The translations under genes were made by a program, and so were the position numbers. Source: a virus. Taken from it: a stretch of 64,000 bases of DNA. The notes beneath the pieces were generated by a model that worked only from the letters and a program-made list of their open reading frames with translations, did no database searches and was not told where the DNA came from. Positions 1 to 9,157 of this stretch are shown one piece after another (the stretch's first letter is position 1; the number at the start of each line of letters is the position of its first letter). Location: positions 32,001 through 96,000 of the IMG/VR virus record IMGVR_UViG_3300042371_001161; one strand, given 5' to 3'.

Positions 1-1403
1 TGAATGGTTCGCCACTCGATTACTTCATTTTTCTTGTTTCTTACCACAAAAATAGGGCGATTATAAAGGTCAAGATTTCCCGTAATTATTAGCGAATTAT
101 AATCATTGGTGCTTGCTGGCATCGGCCCTTTTTCCGCTGCGTACGTTCTAGATATGTTCGCGTAAGGCATTTCTGGATATCTATACACATTGTTCGCATC
201 GGGCAAATTTGCTCCAGTAATTCTTTTATCAGCAAAGGAGAATTTTATTTCCGGCATGTTTAATATTGCATTTTGCTCAGCAGTCGTCTTTATTTTTTCT
301 CCTGCTATAAATGTTTGCTGATAAGTGACGCCAATCGGCAGTAGCTCAATTTTTTCTTTTTCTTCGTCACGTGTCAATGTTCTGAAACCTACAGACACGG
401 GGTCTGGCGTCATTTCGTTAAATGACACAGATTCAACAATGTAATACCCAGACATGTCAGGCACATTGCCAACATAGGCGGTCATTCCTGGCCGTATTTG
501 TGTGCCGTTGAAACGCTCGACCGAGCAACTGCCTTCTGCCGCATACGGGTCGTTGGCTTTTTTTGTAATGGTTGGCCGTTCCATCAGTCTAAAATACCCC
601 GATTTCCCGACGTAATCCGGTCCGCTATTTGGCCACTGGAGCGGTATGAATCTCAGGGTGAATGGTGTGCTTTTTGTTTTCTTGGCCTTTGGGTCAAATC
701 CTGAAAGGTCTACCGTAGTTGTACTTGTCCCCCACTTACTTAGTAAATATTTCTCAGAAGCAAATACTAGAATTCCGTCCACTTCAAACAAAACAAACTT
801 TGCGTCACCAGCCATTCTTGTCATGACATCCCATAGGGATTCGGTTTGTTTCGAGCCGCTTGCCTTGGTCGTGCCTTTTCCTTTGGCCGTTTGCTCGCAA
901 TAAAAATCTAATCCATATTTTTTTGCAGCATTAATAATATATTGACTACCGCTTCCCGGTATTGAGCCAGGCTGCTTGTCTCGTTTCATTTGCTGTATGG
1001 CCTTGGAATAGCACTTCAATGAGTACACGGCGCTTCCACCCGGACCCTGAGATACGCTTACATCGGATATTTCAAAAAGCTGTTGTATCGGCTTAATGCC
1101 CCCTGTGCGTGCGTTAATCTGGCCAAGCGTTTGTGTCTCGTAAATGACGTCGCGCCCAAGTATGAAGTAATTCTTTTTAGCCATCTGCAAATCAACATCT
1201 ATGACATCAAAAGATAATTCAGATGCCATAGAAATTGAATAATTAATACTTGCTCTAGTTACTCGTGACGATACGTCGTCGTAAGCTTTATCCGAAAGAC
1301 TTGCAATAATTATTTTGCGTTTATACCTGTCCGGCGACCTAGATATTCTGCCGTATTCATCTGTGGCCGTCTGAGGGGCAAATATTGTATCTGGCGTGTT
1401 CAT
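1..1403 (-). CDS. Putative baseplate hub / late-control-D-like tail protein (partial, runs off window start)
   Basis: Not in the ORF track. Manual translation from ATG at 1403 (MNTPDTIFAPQ...) is open to position 1 in the segments I translated (>=467 aa). It starts 1 nt after the stop of the 1405..2958 gene and lies downstream of the tape measure gene. Contains LWDVMTRMAGDAKFVLFEVDGILVF and IRPGMTAYVGNVPDMSGYYIVESV, which resemble gpD/gp44-type hubs. Confidence 0.6.
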   Translation of the reverse strand, partial: MNTPDTIFAPQTATDEYGRISRSPDRYKRKIIIASLSDKAYDDVSSRVTRASINYSISMASELSFDVIDVDLQMAKKNYFILGRDVIYETQTLGQINARTGGIKPIQQLFEISDVSVSQGPGGSAVYSLKCYSKAIQQMKRDKQPGSIPGSGSQYIINAAKKYGLDFYCEQTAKGKGTTKASGSKQTESLWDVMTRMAGDAKFVLFEVDGILVFASEKYLLSKWGTSTTTVDLSGFDPKAKKTKSTPFTLRFIPLQWPNSGPDYVGKSGYFRLMERPTITKKANDPYAAEGSCSVERFNGTQIRPGMTAYVGNVPDMSGYYIVESVSFNEMTPDPVSVGFRTLTRDEEKEKIELLPIGVTYQQTFIAGEKIKTTAEQNAILNMPEIKFSFADKRITGANLPDANNVYRYPEMPYANISRTYAAEKGPMPASTNDYNSLIITGNLDLYNRPIFVVRNKKNEVIEWRTI

Positions 1404-1404
1404 G

Positions 1405-2958
1405 TTACAAGAAGACTATGGGATAGAGCGCAGACCAGTTAACCTGGCTTCCCTTACAGGCCGAAGGTGGAATTTTAAAGCCTTTGCCAAGTTCGTCGGT
1501 AGCTCTTCGAATGCATAGCTCTAAGTCGGTAGGTTTCCGAGGCGGGGGCGTTGGGATGATGGGGTCTTTCTTGAGTAGTGGCATAAATATTAATTGGTCC
1601 TCATTCATCCTTACTTCTTGAATTGTTATACTCACTGTTGCTCTACTAATGCTGCCTTGAGCGCTGTCACTAGAGCTCGAGCCGCCAGGGGTCCTTTGTA
1701 TTGAGTTGAATGACATCTCGGCAATCGCCCACTGGCGATATTTGACAGTAGAACTATTTGTTATTCCGCTAAATAGTGAATCGAAATTAGTAAATACGAC
1801 CAACTCTGGTGTTTCTGCCATTTGTTTAAGCAACCTGAGTTTATGTTCGCAAGAATCATAAAGACTTGACACGTAAGAAGGTTGACTGTCGACGACAAAT
1901 TCAAACGATATTTTCATAAGTTTGTTGTTTTTGTAATCGACAAGAGGGAAGTTCGCAACTCTTTCAATGTCAGTCCATGTTACGCCTATGTTCGAATAAG
2001 AAACATTATTGGGCTTTAAAGTAAATTCATACGTAAGAGCAGTTGTATTATCGGCCGTTCGTTGAATCATCGTAGGAAGGTTTTCGGGGGCTGTGGTGGC
2101 GATGGCGGCTTGTCCGCTGCTCACTCGTGCCCCGACATTCATGGAAGTAACGACAGTCGCCCTGCTTCTTTGTCCAAGTACATCTCTGTAACCATTGCTA
2201 TTTTGTGCACCAGAAACGACGCTGGATGATTGATTAATAGAAGAACCCGATATTGCCTTCTTGGTGAGGGAGGCAATGGTGGCCTCTGCTGCCTTGGTAG
2301 ACAATCCCGTAGATTGAAGTAACTTTATTTGTGCAAATGTAAAGTTTTCAAGATTCATATCTTTTGCATCGCCGATAAATTCATTCCAGCGCGACTGTGA
2401 GGGTTCGTCGAAGTCTGGCAGTTCCTGTAATGTTGGCGTATTTTCAAGGAGAAAAAATCTACGTAAAAGTGGGTGATACCAGTACTGCACCCAGTTGACG
2501 CTGTCCGTATCGTCAAACTTGCGCCACTTCGTTATTCTTGTTGACTTATATGGGTTCAGGGATAGGTCCGAGACGAGCTCATACCAGTCAAAAGTGTATG
2601 TTGTCGCTACGTATATTGTATTACCCCATACGATTTTTTCCCCAGATGGGACACTGTCATATTTTGCTGTTCTGGGGTTGGAATAAGATATCTCTTTTGC
2701 GCGAACCTCTTGGTCGTCGGACCACCCAAATTCATCACTTACCTCATATGGAATGAAATCGTAATCCGACACAGCCACGCCCTGAAAGGGAAACCAATAT
2801 GTGTCATCCGAAACTAAAACAAAATCTGCTGGAAAAATTGGATATTGAGTATTCGTAATTTGCTTGTATCTTTTTTTTATTGGATAGTTTTTACGTAAAC
2901 TACTATTACTAGAGTCCGTGTATCCCACTGTATGATAGTGAATGCTTCCTACTGCCAT
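1405..2958 (-). CDS. Tail/baseplate protein with C-terminal tube-initiator (gpU/CIS-tube-like) domain
   Basis: 517 aa, directly after the tape measure gene. The C-terminal segment FTLKPNNVSYSNIGVTWTDIERVANFPLVDY...ISFEFVV...WAIAEMSFNS resembles tail-tube initiator domains. The N-terminal half is unrecognised. Confidence 0.5.
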   Translation of the reverse strand: MAVGSIHYHTVGYTDSSNSSLRKNYPIKKRYKQITNTQYPIFPADFVLVSDDTYWFPFQGVAVSDYDFIPYEVSDEFGWSDDQEVRAKEISYSNPRTAKYDSVPSGEKIVWGNTIYVATTYTFDWYELVSDLSLNPYKSTRITKWRKFDDTDSVNWVQYWYHPLLRRFFLLENTPTLQELPDFDEPSQSRWNEFIGDAKDMNLENFTFAQIKLLQSTGLSTKAAEATIASLTKKAISGSSINQSSSVVSGAQNSNGYRDVLGQRSRATVVTSMNVGARVSSGQAAIATTAPENLPTMIQRTADNTTALTYEFTLKPNNVSYSNIGVTWTDIERVANFPLVDYKNNKLMKISFEFVVDSQPSYVSSLYDSCEHKLRLLKQMAETPELVVFTNFDSLFSGITNSSTVKYRQWAIAEMSFNSIQRTPGGSSSSDSAQGSISRATVSITIQEVRMNEDQLIFMPLLKKDPIIPTPPPRKPTDLELCIRRATDELGKGFKIPPSACKGSQVNWSALYPIVFL

Positions 2959-5900
2959 TATCGACGCTCCTTTTCTGAACGTTCCCTATCCTGTAATTTT
3001 GCCATAACCATCTGAGCTATAGCTTCTGGCGAGCTATTTCCGCCGTTTACCTCGATTGAGTAGTAGTTGTTAGTACTACCTCCACCGCTAGTAGCGGATG
3101 AGATTGGTCGCGCGACTGACGTGTCTCCGACTCCAGGGCCGGGAACGACGTGTAGATGGCGGTTTGCCGCACTTCCGTGGAACTCTGCGAATCCACCATT
3201 TGCATGAACCAACTTCGAGTATTGTCCAAGATTTTGACCAACAAGGTCGTACGCCGAGCCAGTGGCATGGTCGGAACTTGGTGAACCAAGAGCATAATTT
3301 CGCAAGCTAGACGTAACTGTTCTCTTGCCAGTTAGCTGGCCATTCATGGCGGCATGTCGGCTCATTGTTTGAGAAAGTTTGCTTGTGGAAGTATCTCCGA
3401 TAGCGCCTCCGCGAGGGGTAGAGGTATCGGGTGGAGCGAGGGTCTTTCCATCGTCGCTCATAACTAGGCCGTTCCTCCACCAGTCCGGCATTTCGCCTAG
3501 CGGAGCCGTAAAGAAACCTTCCATATTCGTATTAAATATTTTGATTGCCTCTTCCAGTCCTGTCGCCGCGGTGCCCATGTTTGTAGCCGCTGTTGCAATG
3601 TCGTCCAATGCAACCGTGTTTTCTTTTGCCAAACCTAACTCACCCATCCCATAGCCAGACAATGCGCTTTGGGCTCCGAGCGCCGGATTGTAGGCGCTTT
3701 CCAACCCTAATGTTCCGGTTGGAATCGCCCCTGCCCCGCCCTTGGGCGCATTTAGCAATCGTTGACGTAAGCCATCTTTGTCGTCGTAGGTTAAATCATA
3801 GTCCTTAATATCACCTAAGAGTTTAAGGAATTGTTCTGGGTTATTTTGAAGTAGCGTTGTTAGTTGCGACTCCAAAACCCCTTCTTCAATTTTCAGATTT
3901 CCATGCTCTTCGCTTGACAGAATGGTTCGAAGTTGCTCCGAGGCTGCACCTACCGCTCCTTTTTCCATGTCTCGCACCGACGCCTGATATATCGGGTCAT
4001 TTACGAATGTTTCGCCTTGTCCAGCGAGCTCAGCACCGGGAGCAAATATTTTCCCATCGGCATTCTTTCCGCCAAAAAGGTCAATGAATCCTTGGTACGC
4101 CATGATGCCGTCACCACCGGCAACTTGTAATAATTGATTAAATGCAGGCTCCATATGCGCACGCATTGCGGTTGTTTTTTCGTCAGCGGTCGTACTAGGG
4201 TCCCTCATTATGTCGCCCAGTTGCCTCAAATTTGAATCAAGAGCGTATGTTGCCTCTTCCTTCTCTCGTTGCGTCTTGAAGGCGTTGGCGCCAGAAAGGA
4301 CAATATCAGCTATTAGGTCGTTTAATTCTGCTCCGGTCTTTTTCAGGGAGCCTGAGAACTTTAAAAGAAGGTCGTTGTATTTTATTGTTGGGTCATACAG
4401 GTCGACGCCAAGCGTTTTTGCCAGCTGCTCTAGCTCTGCTCCGCTCTTACCCGTAGCTCGTGATAATGCGCCGATTCTTTCGGTGTTTTGTTTGTCTATT
4501 CTCGACAACTGCGCTTCGATGAGCGGGTCTGATGTTTTCATGATATGTCGGATAGAGTTGGTTGCTCTGGCTTTTAGAGCGTCTCTCTCCTCTGATGTTA
4601 ATTTTTTACCTGAATCTGTTTTGAAGTATTCGTCGAGTATGCCTTTGGCGTCATTAAATTCTGTTTTCCCATTACTCTCGTAACTTCCGCCACCAGCTGC
4701 AATGGCTGCCGTAATATCCCTATTAAACTGACCTAAAGTTTTTCCAAAGCTTGTCCCCAGGCCCACCATTGCGGCATCTCGGCCCTTGAGGCTTCCGCCA
4801 CCTTTTACTGTTTCTGCATTTCTCTGAAACTGCCGACCCGCTTTCTGGAGGTCAATCATGAAGAAGCTAGCCATGCTGGCGTCTATAATCTTTTTGGCCT
4901 TTTTTAACTTCTCTTTACCAGCATTCACCGCACCCATAATGCCTCCAACAAGAAGGCCCACTCCAGCACCTATCGCCGCGCCATAAGGTCCGAACATTGC
5001 GCCTGCGGCTGCTCCACCGGCTGCTCCAGCGAGTGCTCCAGCCTTCACTGACGTTGCCTTGAGCGCGGAGCCGATTCCTGCAACGGCAGCACCCAACATG
5101 GGGTTCACTTGCGCAACCATTCCGCCTAGCGCAATTGCTCCTTGCATTTCTTCAGGGGCGTATTGGCTTGCCAGTCCTAGTCCCATACCGACGCCCATTT
5201 TCGCGCCCATACTGTTGTTAAACTTTTTTACTCCTCCGCCAAATTTGCTATCATTTCGTGAAATTCTGTTCATATCGCGACGATAAGACAGTCTTCCTCC
5301 AAGCTTCTTTAGGCCTCCTTGCTTATCGCTTTCGCCCCTTCTGGCTAGCAAAGCCCCACGTGCCGTACCTAAATCCTTGTACTCGCCCTTCTCTGCATCC
5401 CATGCCCCAGAGTTCATCTGAGCGAAACCGCCGCGAATGGCGCCAAAGCCACGTCTAGCGAGGTATTGCCCCCTATCGGCGACTCCTACGGCCTTTAGCG
5501 CGCCACGCTTTGCGCTGTTGGCAAGACCTTGCCCGATGCTTACCGTACGACCGTCATTCTTGAATTCTGCGGTCGAGCCTTTCTTCGCCATTATTGCTTT
5601 GACTAGTAGTTTTCTATCGGCGAAAGTATCACTCATTCTGGGTGCACCTGGTCCTTGCTGACCACCCCCCATTACTCCGCCGATTTGAGTACCAACAATC
5701 CCTTTTTGTGTAGCTATTTGTCGCAGCTCATCCATTGAGCGGGCATTGAGAGATTGAGTGGCCCTAAATTTTGCGCTCAGTGGGAGGTTGACATTAGGAT
5801 TGACCGGCTTGGTCGTGCCGTCTGGATTTGTTATCTGACCCCTGTCCGCGTAAGGGTCTCTAGCGCGAGCTCCAGTGGCCGCATATACAACCCCACGGCC

Positions 5901-7817
5901 AATTCTGCTATCTATTTCTTTGCGTTTTACAATTCTGCCATCTATTCCGCTAAGAGCAACCTGATGTCGACTACCAGCTTTTGCGCTTCCAAAAAACTTC
6001 GAGTTCGGGTCGTTTGAAATAGCACGGAATTTTGAACCAGTGACCGACCCAGGCATGATTACTGGACTCGTCGCCGGATATCCGCTAGAAAGGGCCCCTC
6101 CGCCGCCCCCACCACGACCTGAGGCCAGCGATGACGTTGGGCCAGCCGGACCAAGATTTTTGCCACCAATAGAAACATTTTGAGCGTTAACGCTCATGGT
6201 CTTGACAGTTTGAACCCCTGGCATTAAACGGCCCTTTACGCCGCTCATTTTTTTACCTATAATCGAGAATGCCAGCAATGGTGCAAGGGCCGAAGCTAGT
6301 CCTCCGCCAGCCCCACCACTAAACATTTTGGAAATCATATTGAAGACGCTTGTTAGTCCAGATACTAAGTCACTCAAAAAGGGGAGCATATCCATGAACA
6401 TCTTTTTAAGATTCATGAAGAATTTTGATAAAGAATCGATGAGCTCCCCAACACGTTCGCCGAATTCTGCAACTTCATTTTTGTTTTCAACAAGAAGGTC
6501 CTTGAATAAGGTCAGGTTTCCGGCACCTCGTTTAATTGCCTCCCACACTGGAGTAAAAGCTTTATAAAGCACCTTTGCGCCATCTATGAGTGGGCGAGTT
6601 TGCTCAAGGACCATATCCCAACCACGCTTGAATTTAGAGAACCAATCTCCAATTCTGTCGAACATGCCTAACGCGCCAGGGAGGTATTCGCGAATCATTT
6701 TCACGAGCCAATTAGATGCTTTTTCTATTCCGCCAGCAAAGCCGTCGATTATGCCCGTCGCCCCAAAACTATATGAAATAGCGCCCATTATGCGCTGCAA
6801 GTCTCTGCGTATTGTCCCGAATACCCTCTCAAATGAAGCCTTGAGTGGCTCCAAGAACTGGTCGCCAAAATCAGCAAACTCGCCACGCAATCGACTAAAG
6901 TAGCCCTTCATCTGGGAGATTAAAGTACCGTTTACGGCTTCAAACTGACCAGCGACACCGCCTTTGTCCGCCAACTGCCCGGACATCAGAAGTTCTTTAA
7001 ATTGTTCCTTGGTTTTTATGGTTGTCCCTTTTAGGGCTTTTTCCATTTCTGGGCCAAGTTTTTTAGCTTCTGTTATTACGTCAGAAATACTCTTTTTACT
7101 GTTAGAAAGATTTTCGATAACAATAGATACTTGTTCTAGGCCCTTTGCGGGGTCTTGGCCCGCTGAACCAAAGTCCATCAAAGCCTTGATTGATGCACCG
7201 CTTTTATTTATTTGTGCGGTATTCATCGACTTGGACATGGTTCCGTAAGCCTTGTTGAGTGCTTCGACTCCGAGAGTCGCCAGACTTGCGTCGCTCTGTA
7301 GGTTCCGCATGCCCATTCTTGTCTGATTCATCGCTGAACCAAATGCAGGGGCTCCCTTGCCTCTGTAGGCATAAATGGCGGCCTGCTGCTCCCTGATAGC
7401 GGCGCTCGCTGCCGATATTGCGACGACTACCCCCGCCGCACCAGCAGAAAGCATTTGCATCGCCCCCCTATATGCTTTGACAAGTAATTGCCCAGCTGCA
7501 AATAGTGCGTGGACTCCTATCATCGCAGCTCCAAGGGCTGCCATTTCTATAACGACACCCTTGATAGCCATACCGAGGAACTTAGTGAGCCCTTTTCCTG
7601 CCATTTTGGCGCCAGCATCTATGGCGTCGAAACTGCGTTTCCAGCCTTTTGTGGTATTTGCTAGTTTACTACCCGATTGTTGAGCGAGAGCTTCGCCCCT
7701 GCCGCTGGAAAGTTTTTTTACTCTTTTTTCTAGTAATGAAAGCTGAGCTATTGCTTTAGTGAGCTCCCTAGTTTGGGCCTCAAACTTAATTTTAATATCA
7801 ACTATTTCATCAGCCAT
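2958..7817 (-). CDS. Tape measure protein with C-terminal M15-like Zn peptidase motif
   Basis: 1619 aa, Ala/Gly-rich and helical, with AGAAGG hydrophobic tracts. Follows the tail chaperone gene. C-terminal SDHATGSAYD...HLHV motif. Confidence 0.9.
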   Translation of the reverse strand: MADEIVDIKIKFEAQTRELTKAIAQLSLLEKRVKKLSSGRGEALAQQSGSKLANTTKGWKRSFDAIDAGAKMAGKGLTKFLGMAIKGVVIEMAALGAAMIGVHALFAAGQLLVKAYRGAMQMLSAGAAGVVVAISAASAAIREQQAAIYAYRGKGAPAFGSAMNQTRMGMRNLQSDASLATLGVEALNKAYGTMSKSMNTAQINKSGASIKALMDFGSAGQDPAKGLEQVSIVIENLSNSKKSISDVITEAKKLGPEMEKALKGTTIKTKEQFKELLMSGQLADKGGVAGQFEAVNGTLISQMKGYFSRLRGEFADFGDQFLEPLKASFERVFGTIRRDLQRIMGAISYSFGATGIIDGFAGGIEKASNWLVKMIREYLPGALGMFDRIGDWFSKFKRGWDMVLEQTRPLIDGAKVLYKAFTPVWEAIKRGAGNLTLFKDLLVENKNEVAEFGERVGELIDSLSKFFMNLKKMFMDMLPFLSDLVSGLTSVFNMISKMFSGGAGGGLASALAPLLAFSIIGKKMSGVKGRLMPGVQTVKTMSVNAQNVSIGGKNLGPAGPTSSLASGRGGGGGGALSSGYPATSPVIMPGSVTGSKFRAISNDPNSKFFGSAKAGSRHQVALSGIDGRIVKRKEIDSRIGRGVVYAATGARARDPYADRGQITNPDGTTKPVNPNVNLPLSAKFRATQSLNARSMDELRQIATQKGIVGTQIGGVMGGGQQGPGAPRMSDTFADRKLLVKAIMAKKGSTAEFKNDGRTVSIGQGLANSAKRGALKAVGVADRGQYLARRGFGAIRGGFAQMNSGAWDAEKGEYKDLGTARGALLARRGESDKQGGLKKLGGRLSYRRDMNRISRNDSKFGGGVKKFNNSMGAKMGVGMGLGLASQYAPEEMQGAIALGGMVAQVNPMLGAAVAGIGSALKATSVKAGALAGAAGGAAAGAMFGPYGAAIGAGVGLLVGGIMGAVNAGKEKLKKAKKIIDASMASFFMIDLQKAGRQFQRNAETVKGGGSLKGRDAAMVGLGTSFGKTLGQFNRDITAAIAAGGGSYESNGKTEFNDAKGILDEYFKTDSGKKLTSEERDALKARATNSIRHIMKTSDPLIEAQLSRIDKQNTERIGALSRATGKSGAELEQLAKTLGVDLYDPTIKYNDLLLKFSGSLKKTGAELNDLIADIVLSGANAFKTQREKEEATYALDSNLRQLGDIMRDPSTTADEKTTAMRAHMEPAFNQLLQVAGGDGIMAYQGFIDLFGGKNADGKIFAPGAELAGQGETFVNDPIYQASVRDMEKGAVGAASEQLRTILSSEEHGNLKIEEGVLESQLTTLLQNNPEQFLKLLGDIKDYDLTYDDKDGLRQRLLNAPKGGAGAIPTGTLGLESAYNPALGAQSALSGYGMGELGLAKENTVALDDIATAATNMGTAATGLEEAIKIFNTNMEGFFTAPLGEMPDWWRNGLVMSDDGKTLAPPDTSTPRGGAIGDTSTSKLSQTMSRHAAMNGQLTGKRTVTSSLRNYALGSPSSDHATGSAYDLVGQNLGQYSKLVHANGGFAEFHGSAANRHLHVVPGPGVGDTSVARPISSATSGGGSTNNYYSIEVNGGNSSPEAIAQMVMAKLQDRERSEKERR

Positions 7818-7882
7818 TTGGCACTCCGTGTGAGTTTTAAGTCACGTGAGTGTAAGGCTGCCAAGCTATGGGGGCTCCACCC

Positions 7883-8073
7883 CTAAGTCTTCGGCTTGCG
7901 CTCTTGCTCTTCGCGGTCGTTACTTATAACTTTAGCACAGGCAAGAAGTAGTAACCAGTCATTATCGTCTACGTCCATTAATTCCAATGGACTAACGTGA
8001 AATAACTCGCCTAATCTTGCCGCAGATATAAGTGTGGAATCTTCAACTAGTTCGTCGAAGACTCCTTCGTAGG
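7883..8073 (-). CDS. gpT-like C-terminal extension of the tail assembly chaperone (probably via -1 frameshift)
   Basis: The -1 frame is open from about 8110 to TAG at 7883-7885 and reads PYEGVFDELVEDSTLISAARLGELFHVSPLELMDVDDNDWLLLLACAKVISNDREEQERKPKT. It has no ATG near its start and overlaps the chaperone stop. The location matches the G/GT arrangement. Confidence 0.7.
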
Positions 8074-8598
8074 GTCCACAGCAGCAACCGTGTCTGAGTA
8101 TCCAGCGGAGTCAAGGATTGCCAAAGCTGCGGATTCAACATGTGGGTCAACGCCAAACATCGCCCGAACTGCATCCGGAACCGGCTTCATCGACTCGGTC
8201 ATTTCGAGAATTTGAGGATGGGCAAAATTGAGATTATTGCCGTTTTCGTCAAAAATCTCTTCATCATCAATGCAGATACCTATGGTGGTGTGGCCGATAA
8301 CTAGACAAGCAAACTTGAGCGAGTCAAGTCCATTTCTTGAATCTTCACCAGCATTTTTGCGCCAGTTCTTCATCTGCGATTGAGTGATATTGGGGCTCAC
8401 TTTGAGGCTTACACCCGGGCGTTCTGTCACCTGAATGTGGACTACGGACCGCTCAACCTTTTTCTTGACAATGTTTCTCAGCTTTTCAAGCTGGGTCTCT
8501 TCCTTGGCGGCAGGCAACAAGGAATCACGATGAGTTGACTTCTTGTTGCTTTTTCCGTCGTCGGCTTCTTCAGTTACGTATAGTGAATTTTCGCTCAT
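8047..8598 (-). CDS. Tail assembly chaperone (gpG-like)
   Basis: 183 aa, between tail tube and tape measure genes. Ends VDPTKESSTN, with an overlapping -1 ORF. Confidence 0.75.
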   Translation of the reverse strand: MSENSLYVTEEADDGKSNKKSTHRDSLLPAAKEETQLEKLRNIVKKKVERSVVHIQVTERPGVSLKVSPNITQSQMKNWRKNAGEDSRNGLDSLKFACLVIGHTTIGICIDDEEIFDENGNNLNFAHPQILEMTESMKPVPDAVRAMFGVDPHVESAALAILDSAGYSDTVAAVDPTKESSTN

Positions 8599-8605
8599 AG
8601 AGCAA

Positions 8606-8640
8606 AAACTATCACATAATTAACCGACTCTATGCAACTA
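8606..8640 (-). promoter_or_regulatory. Conserved TAGTTGCA-N21-TAGTTT promoter-like element
   Basis: Minus strand reads TAGTTGCA, 21 nt, TAGTTT, 7 nt, ATG. The same architecture recurs upstream of the sheath, protease and capsid genes. Confidence 0.55.
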
Positions 8641-9141
8641 GCTTAAAGTTGGTGCGTTTACGTCCGAGATAGCAAAGGTCAAGGCGAATGTCGCCGGAGC
8701 ACCCGAAGAAGAGTCACCTTCTGGTTCGGTCATTCCCACCAACAAAGCATTGGAGTAAATTCTGTCGTTTGTGGGGTCTTTGATGTCGCAGCTATAAACA
8801 GATACCGTAATGTTGTAGTAACCGGTACCTACATATTTGCGCAGGCCCTGCAGCTTGGCGCCAATGCCAGCAGCAGTATCGGCGCTGGTCATATCGTCGT
8901 CGTAGTGTGCCGTCAGTGTAATGTCGCCTATTTCAGATGGAGCGCAGAGAACTGTAGGTCGAGCACTGCCACCTTCGTAGATTTTTTCTACAGAGGCGGT
9001 GATTTCTCCACCCGACACCTGGGCAAAGCGAAGATTACCCCACTTGGGAAGGTTCACCTGCACGTTGGTCTGCTGCTTGCCGTTAATGAAAGTGCTTGGA
9101 ACTATTGTTGCAAGTACTTGTCTCTGTGATACTTTTGCCAT
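8638..9141 (-). CDS. Tail tube protein
   Basis: 167 aa, immediately downstream of the sheath gene. Contains FAQVSGGEIT...YEGG...EIGDITLT and EPEGDSSSGAPATFALTF, typical of myovirus tube proteins. Confidence 0.85.
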   Translation of the reverse strand: MAKVSQRQVLATIVPSTFINGKQQTNVQVNLPKWGNLRFAQVSGGEITASVEKIYEGGSARPTVLCAPSEIGDITLTAHYDDDMTSADTAAGIGAKLQGLRKYVGTGYYNITVSVYSCDIKDPTNDRIYSNALLVGMTEPEGDSSSGAPATFALTFAISDVNAPTLS

Positions 9142-9157
9142 TAGCTACTTCCTTCGA

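Noticed and set aside
498-903. Plus-strand ORFs of 68 and 85 aa in the track
   Set aside because: They are antisense to the long minus-strand ORF at 1..1403.
7821-7852. Imperfect inverted repeat upstream of the tape measure start
   Set aside because: Weak pairing and no U-tract, so no function can be assigned.
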